64,000 bases of DNA, taken from IMG/VR virus record IMGVR_UViG_3300044641_005643; one strand, 5' to 3'. The position numbers and the translations under genes were made by a program. Positions within the stretch are counted from its first letter, which is position 1. The number at the start of each line of letters is the position of its first letter. Origin of the DNA: a virus. Below the pieces are notes generated by a model that was not told where the DNA came from, did not search any database, and was given only the letters and a program-made list of their open reading frames with translations. Positions 29,901-38,900 of the stretch are shown piece by piece.

Positions 29901-32900
29901 AGTGCCCCAGTAGTATATCCTGGTTTGTTCTTGAATCATCCAACCATGAGTTTTGTTGATAGTTTGAGGTTGGCATCAAGAGAATATTCAAAATTCAAAC
30001 AAAAATTCTTAGAATACGCAGCCAATCTGGAGTTAGATAGACAGAACACTGCCGCCGCTGTTGATACAATTTTACAGAGAATAAACAGTGTAAAAAATAG
30101 CAATTTCCCTTGGCAGTTCAGTGACATGGTGCCTTACGGAGAAAGTAACAAAGTCACGTTGCCAAGCTACACGGTTTTTGATCCAGAAATTAGAACCTAT
30201 GAAATAACTAATATTTTCCAAGACACTGTGATCAGTAACAAAGCAGTTTTGGTTTATCTCACACGAACACTTGATAACATTACCACTACTGAGCTATTGA
30301 TCAAAGGAAGAGATTATACATTTGATCAAACTCGTGCAGCAATTAATATTGTAGAATCTTTTACATTATTGATAGACGATATAATCTCAATAGTAGAATA
30401 CAGTAGTACAGATGGAAGTTATATTCCCGAAACTCCTACTAAGTTGGGAATGTATCCCAAGTATATACCAGAAATTTATACTGACAACACCTATAGAACT
30501 CCTGTGCCTGTCATACAAGGGCACGACGGAAGTCTTACTGTGGCATTTGGGGATTTTAGAGACAATTTACTGCTAGAGTTAGAAAAAAGAATTTATAATA
30601 ATATTAAAGTAGAATATGATGTAAATTTGTTTAATATTAACGATTATATTCCGGGTAAATTCAGAGTTGTAGATTACAATTTGCAAGAAATTAATCAATT
30701 GCTCAGTCAGGATTTTCTGAGATGGGCAGGTACCAATCGTGTCAATTACACTACAAACAATACATTCTCTGCTAGTGATCCATTTACTTGGAATTTAAAA
30801 AAATTCCGAGATATAGTGAATGGGGAAAATTTTCCAGGCACCTGGCGTAGTATATATCGTTATTTCTTTGACACCGACAGGCCGCATACGCATCCTTGGG
30901 AAATGCTGGGTTTCAGTGAAAAACCAGACTACTGGAACGACAGATACGGTCCTGCACCCTACACCGGCGGTAACTTTGTGTTATGGAGTGATCTAGAAGC
31001 AGGTTACATTCATGCTGGCCCAAGAGCTGGTTTAGATCTAAGATACAGCAGACCCAGTTTAACTTCTATTATTCCAGTTGATGATAATGGAAATTTACGT
31101 AGTCCTACAGAATTTTTGGCCACAGATTACGACAGCCTATCTGCAAATTTGAGTTTTGCAGTAGGAGACATAGGCCCCACTGAATTGGCTTGGCGTAGAA
31201 GTTCAGAATTTCCTTTCGCTTTGCATTTTGCACTTGCAATTACCAAGCCTGCTAGATATTTTGGATTGCTTTTAGATATTGAAAATTACAAGAGAAATCT
31301 GGCCACTTCTCAATTTTTAGTAGAAAGCGACGGACACATAACGCCCAGCATTATAAAGATCAACGGATATATTAATGCAGACAATACCATTGACAGAGCT
31401 GCTGGATATATCAACTGGATTGTTGATTATGCAAAAAATCTTGGTATCAATGATGCCAGCACATATGTCAAAGATAACTTAGAACTATTGAACATTCAAC
31501 TGAGTTATAAAATGGCAGGATTTTCTGACAAAAGTATTATAAATCTACTGGCTGAACAATTTAGCCCCAGCAGTATTAATGCCAGTGTTGTTATTCCTGA
31601 CGAAAACTACAGCATTGAATTATATAAAGGAGCTCCATTAGACAAATTGTCATATTCAGCTGTGGTAATTGAAAAAACAGAAAATGGCTACACTGTCAGT
31701 GGATATGATATAGGAAATCCCTACTTTGTAATTGTGCCAAGTCTTGCAAACAATAATTCGTATAATATTCAAGTTGGTGATTCAACTGCTGTGGTATATC
31801 AGGATTTCAAGAATCAAAGATTGGCCATACCGTATGGATTTGAATTTAGTAAAAAACAACAGGTAGTTGATTTTTTAATAGGTTATCAGCGTTATCTTAC
31901 ACTTCAAGGCTTTGTGTTTGACGAAAGAGATAATTTACTAAAAGAAAAGAAAGATTGGGCATTGAGTTCCAAGGAATTTTTACATTGGACCAATCAAGGT
32001 TGGAAAACTGGCAATGTGTTGGTTCTGAGTCCTGTCAGTGACTATATAACAATTTTTAATCCAACTGCAATCATTGATGAAGTGACCGGTTCTGCATACG
32101 GTAGTAGAATTTTAGATATAAACTCTAAAGCCATTAGAAAAAACAGTTTTACTGTAACAAGAGATAATGGACTGTTCACTATCAAGTGTATTGCAAATGA
32201 AACTATCGGGTTTGCCACGTTTGATTTTGTTCAATACGAACATTTACTTTTATTAGATAATACAACAGTTTTCAATGATGTAATTTATGTGCCTGAAACT
32301 GGAAGCAGACAATCAAGATTGAAACTTGTTGGTAATAAAACAGGATTATGGAATGGCAGTTTGGAATTACCAGGATACATTTACAGCAACGAAACAGTTC
32401 CAGAATGGCTTGCTGGTAGTGATTATCTCAAAGGCTCCTTGGTAACTTATAAATCTTCACTATACACTGCATTACAAAACATTATAGCTGCTGACACTTT
32501 CCAGATTGCTTTTTGGCAAAAAATAGATAATAACGAATTACGCTCGGGATTGATAAACAATTTTGCCACTAACGCTTCTCAATCATTGAGATACTATGAC
32601 ATTAATGATCAACCAATCAACGAAGAAATACAGTTGTTCAGTAATGGGTTAATAGGTTTCAGACCTAGAGAATATTTTACAAATCTAGGAATTGATGTCA
32701 CAACTCAATCAAAATTTTATCAAGGATTGATAAAACAAGGAGGAACTCTTAACGCAATTGATGCATTGCAAGGTTCGCAATTCAACAATTTAGGCACGCA
32801 ACCGCTGACTGTTTATGAAAATTGGGCCATTCGAGTAGGTGAATACGGTGCTTTAGAAACAAATAATTTTCTTGAATTTGTTTTACCTGAGCAATTTTTT

Positions 32901-35900
32901 AGAAATAATCCGTCAGTGTTCCAACTTGCTGATGTCGAATCAAACACTGACGTAGATATCAAAACATTTACGCAGCAGTCTGTATATAGGCAAAGTAGCG
33001 CATTTCAAGTTGATTTCCTAAAAACAGTTGATTACAACGAACCAGTAGAATTTAAACCATTACCAGTGGCCGGCTTTGTGCATTTAGATGATATCAATAA
33101 CACAGTGTTTGATATCAAAAATTATGAAAGCTATAGAGAAATTGCTGACGAAATTGGAATAGGTTATACTATTTGGACTGCTCGAGATCTAAACGATGAA
33201 TGGAATGTTTATAGAGCCACCCCAGTTCCGGGTTTGATTTTTATTCTACGTTACCATCTAAATTCACAAGCAGAATTCGTGTCCAACGCACCTCATGGTC
33301 TCCAGGAAAATGATATAGTTGCTTTGAAAAATTTTGATCCAAGATACAATGGTATGTATCTTGTTCAATCTATCGTGGATGACACAAGATTTTTAGCCAC
33401 AATATACAGCAACTTACAAGAATTAATTGAAAGTCAAGCCGTTCTTGGACAGGGTTTGCTATACAAATTAACAAGCAGTAAGTTTGCTACTCCATTGGAT
33501 ATTGTAAATTATGCACCTAATTCGGGGCTGATAAGAAATGACAAGGTGTGGGTTGAGACTGTTGATGACAAAGACAACTGGGGCGTATATACCAAAACTG
33601 ATCCTTGGATCTATAGAGAAACCATACAGCTAGATCAATATTCAGGTTTTGATCATTTTGGTAGTGCAATTGCACTGGATTTTACATCAACATATCTTTA
33701 TGCATCAGCTCCCGATTCCGGATCAGGAAGAATAGGTGTTTATTCAAGAGATTCTCAGGATGAATTCACTTTAAGAGCTTCATTGTTTAGTAATCACATT
33801 TATTCTCAGATCAATCAGTTCGGCAAGGTTATTGCTACTGGAACAAAGAATAACGTCAATAGCTACTTAATAGCAAGTGATCCAACAGCAACCAACGACA
33901 CTGGTGTGGTGTATGTTTTTAAAGACAGACTTCTACAGTGTATATTAACTGCTGAGTCAGGTGTCTCGGGCGACATGTTTGGTCACTCGTTGGCCTTAAG
34001 CGATGATGCTCAGTATCTATATGTTGGGGCACCAGGTGCCAATAAAGTTTATTGTTATGCAATCGATTACGAAAGACAGTCGGCAGTGCAAGAACTAATA
34101 CAACCAGACAATGGTTCTATTACAACCTTGAGTTTGACTGCCTTGATTGATAATGCAACTGATATTGTTGTATCAGCATCTATTATTGCATCGCAGTTTC
34201 TTCCCTACATTGATTACAATCTTGATAACACCATTGATGCTTCTATTGAAACATTTACATTTTCAGGAACCGCAGCATCGGGAACTGCAAATTACATCAA
34301 TGTTTCAGCCGTCGGGGGCAGTGGCACTGGTGCAACCTTTGATGTAGCTAGATCAGGCGGCGTATATACAGTAACTCTGAACAATCCTGGAAAAGGATAT
34401 GTGTTAAATGATACCATTAGTATTCTTGGTGAAGAGCTAGGAGGGTCTTCTCTAACCAACGGTCTAACTATTAACATCACAAAAGTTTTGGTTGGAATAA
34501 CTGGTTATACTCAAACTGGAGACAGACCCGCTGCAGGTACGGAAGTATTTTATTACAATCGAACAGCAACAGGCGGCACTGGTACCGGAGCCAAGTTCAG
34601 AGTTTCATATAGTTCTGCATCAGATTTTTACACATTGGTTTTAGAAAATGCAGGTGTTGATTATTTGATAGGAGATGTTCTAACGATTGATGGTGCCACT
34701 GTTGGTGGTTCAACTGGAGTTCATGATATTACAATTACTGTTACTGCCGTGGGCGCAGTAACAAACTTGGTATTTGCAACTCCACCAGCCAGTTTCCTTA
34801 TCATGTCAGTGGTCAAACCAGCAGAAAAATATATATTTTTAGAAACTTTACCCAAGTCTTCTGAAGTTGCTATTAACAGTGAATTTGGATCAGCTGTAGT
34901 TTGTAATTCAGATGGATCGGTAATTGCAGTTGGTGCCAGTAACACAACTGTCAATGATGTGAGCGGTGCAGGAGCTGTATTTGTTTATCATAGAACAAAA
35001 ACTGAATTAACTACCACTGGCTCTTCGAACACATTTACACTACCTGATCCTTTTGGTAATTTTTACAGAGTTTATTTAGATGGAGTTTTGCAGTACGATT
35101 TTACAAACAAACCAGAAGATGTTGATGCAGATTACACAATAACTAGTATTAACCCATCTCAGATTACTTTTGGAGATCCTGGGTCATCGTTCCTAGAACC
35201 ACGTAGAAAATTATTTGTTGAGACTAATCAATTTGTTTATGATCAGGTTTTATATTCAAACCTGACAGGCTCATTAAGTGACAATTTTGGTAGCGGCTTG
35301 GCCATGTGTAACACCGGGTGCAACATTTATGTTGTAAGTTCAAAATATATTGAGGCCGACTATTCTCAAGGTCTGGTCACTAGATTTTTAAACGTGGGCA
35401 GAATCTATGGAACTATTTTGTCCACTAAAACCAATCCAACAGTGACTCCTGGCCAAAGTATTATTATCAATGACAGATTGGTACAATTTTCAGGATCACA
35501 GTTGGCCAATGTGATTGCAGATATCAACCAAGCACTTATTCCGGGAGTAACTGCTAGCAATGAAAGCGGCAAACTGAGAATCACCAGTGATGTTACTGTT
35601 GTAGGAAACCGGTTAAACATATTGAATGGAAATCAAGGTACTCCATTAGCGGATCTTGGTCTAGAAGATTATAAATTTGTACAAGTGTTTAAACATCCTG
35701 AAACTGAACAACAATTTTACGGAACCAGCATAGCAGTTGATCAAACTACCGGAGTTTTAGTTATTGGAAGTGAGGGCGGAGATTACGATTTGCCTATAAG
35801 TTTTGATCAAGGGTTGCCACTAATTACAACCTTTGATGGAAATACAACAAACTTTATAGATGTTCTTAAAGACAGCGGAGCTGTGTATGTTTATGATTTA

Positions 35901-38900
35901 TTAGAAAACCCCAATGAAGACATAGACAATCCTTCACTGTTTGCCTACAGTCAAAAACTTTTTGGACCAGCACTAGATGACAATGTGAATTTTGGATCAA
36001 GTGTGGTTTTGAACGGAAAATATTTAATAGCCGGATTATCAAATGCAAGAACTATATCAAGTGAAAATGGAGAACTTTTTTATTTTTACAATGAAGATGA
36101 ACAAAGCGGATGGGCATTGTCAAGATTCCGTCAGCCAAGAGTTGATACCAACGCTGTTTTAAGTAGTTTTTTATATAATGTAAATTCACAACAAATTTTA
36201 GATTTTTTTGATTATCTTGACCCAGCCAAAGGAAAACTATTAGGCGTAGTAGATCAAGAATTGGATTATAAAGAAGAATATGACCCCGCTAGTTACAATC
36301 AATCCAATAGAGCTGACACAATCAATAACACAAATTTTTATTGGTCAGACAAACAGGTTGGTAGAATCTGGTGGGATTTGAGCACAATTAGTTTTATTGA
36401 TTATGAACAAGACGAAATAACTTACAGAATTAAAAACTGGGGCTCTTTATTTCCAGGCAGTCTAGTAACAATTTACGAATGGGTAGAAAGCGACTTTTTA
36501 CCAAGTCAGTACGTAGATTCGGTAGGTGATGGTGCTCCTAGATATGCCGACAATTCTGCATATTCATCCGTAACTTTTATTGATCCAGTTACTGGAATTG
36601 TAACTCAAAAGTATTACTACTGGGTGGTAGGAAAATCCAACGTTGATGTTCTTAAAACCAAACGAACTATCAGTGCGCTGGCTCTGCAGAATTATATTAC
36701 CAGTCCCAAAGATCAAAATATACCTTATCTAGCTTTGTTGGCTCCTAATGCAGTTGGTCTATACAACATAGCAGATAAACTGTCAGGCGAGAACGTTGCT
36801 ATTCATTTTGATCTTGCTCAAATAAGAAATACAAATCTGATACACACTGAATGGCAGCTTGTACAGCAAGGAGCTTCGCTTACCAATTTGCCAACAAAAA
36901 TAATTAACAAACTGAAAGACAGTTTGGCCGGGTTCGATGAACTAGGAGCTATTGTTCCAGATCCGGCGTTGAGTGCTCAAGACAAGCCGGGTGTCAGTCT
37001 TCTACCTAGACAATCTATGGTGATTCATAGAAACACAGCTATTACCACCTATGTAGAAACACTCAATTTGATTCTAGTAGAATATCCTATTTTATTATTA
37101 AGCACTCCTACTTCATTAAAGTCAGAAGAACCATTGCCAGTGTCGGGATTTGATGAACAAACAGACAGTGTTGATAATTTAAATTATATTGATACAACCA
37201 CACTGCCAAACGGTTACAAAATATTAGTTCCTTCCGATACCAATCATAACGGAAAATGGACAATTTATTCGTACAATAGTAGCACTGGGGAATTTGATCT
37301 AGTAAGAATACAAAGCTACAAATCAACACTATACTGGACTGCGATTGACTGGTACGATACTGTTTATCAACCTGGTACCACAATAGCCTATACTCTGAAT
37401 ACCTATGCAGAGATACAGACCATAAGTCCAATTGCAGGCGATTATATCAAAATCCTAGATGGCGGTAACGGAACTTGGATATTGTATGAGACACAGGATG
37501 ACCTGAGCTTGACTTTGATTGGTGCACAAAATGGCACACTGCAATTAAACAGAGCATTATACGATCCATCACTTGGCGGAGGATATGATACTACAACCTA
37601 TGATGTATCAGGCTATGATCCTATTCCTACTGAAGAATTTAGATTGATTTATGACGGAATGGTTCAGCAGATTCTAGTGGGCGAACTCAGTGTTGAATTC
37701 AACAATTTGTTCTTTGCGATGTTGAACTACATTTTTACCGAACAAAAGAGTCCGGACTGGGTAATAAAAACAAGTTTGATTGACGTCGTGCATGGTCTCA
37801 GATCTTTAGAGCAATTTCCAAACTTCACAAGAGACAACCAGGTCTTTTATCAGGACTATATCAACGAGGTAAAACCGTATAGGACTCAAATAAAAGAATA
37901 TATTCCTAATTATTTTAAACAAGATAATTTAGATAGCAATATAACTGATTTTGATTTGCCAAGTGCATATGATGCTCGCTTTGATCAATTTAGAAGCCCC
38001 AGTTTAAGCAATCAATTTGACAATGAATTATTTGAGCAACCAATCTATTCTGACTGGGCGAATAATTACAAATTTCAAATTGTAGATTTTATACTTGGAA
38101 ATATTGGTTTAGATTATACATTCCCTCCAAATGTTGAAATAACAGGAGGTGGTGGATCAGGTGCATCTGCAATCACTACATTGTATTCAAACGGATCCAT
38201 ATCGGGTATCACAATCATCAATCCTGGCGTGGGATATACATCTGCGCCTGACGTTACAATCAACGGCGATGGTATAGGTGGTCAAGCATACCCAATTTTA
38301 AAAAATCAATATTATTCATTACAAAGCAATCTAAGTTATAATTTGGTCAAAAATATTTTCACTACTTTAAAATTTGATCGAACCACTTATAGCAGTAACC
38401 TGGTAACTTGGACACCAAATACTTCTTATTCAAACATTGTAATATCCAGCGACACTTTAGATCCAGGTAATTTGTATATTGTATCTGGAAATTTAGTTGT
38501 ACATGAAAATGAAGTTTATCTTCCACAGAATGCGAATGCAACACCTTGGTTGGTCAATACTTTGTATCCTATAAACAGTTACATTTCATTTAGTAACAAT
38601 GTTTATTCAACATCGGGTAATGTTTATGCAAGTAGTTTTGCTGCTGCTTCTGTGCAGGCAAACGTAGAAATTGTTTCACAATTTGACTTTACAAGATTTT
38701 CTATAATTCAAGATGGAAATGTTTTACTCAACGCACTAGATAGAATAACAGCATACTATGAACCTACCGTAGGAATGCCTGGAAAAAATATTGACGAGTT
38801 ACTGTCGGGTACAAAATACCCAGCATCAAAGGTAACTGGACCTACGTTTAGAGCCAATGCTTTTGAAGTTTCAAGCAATATCATTTCTTTCAATTATGAT

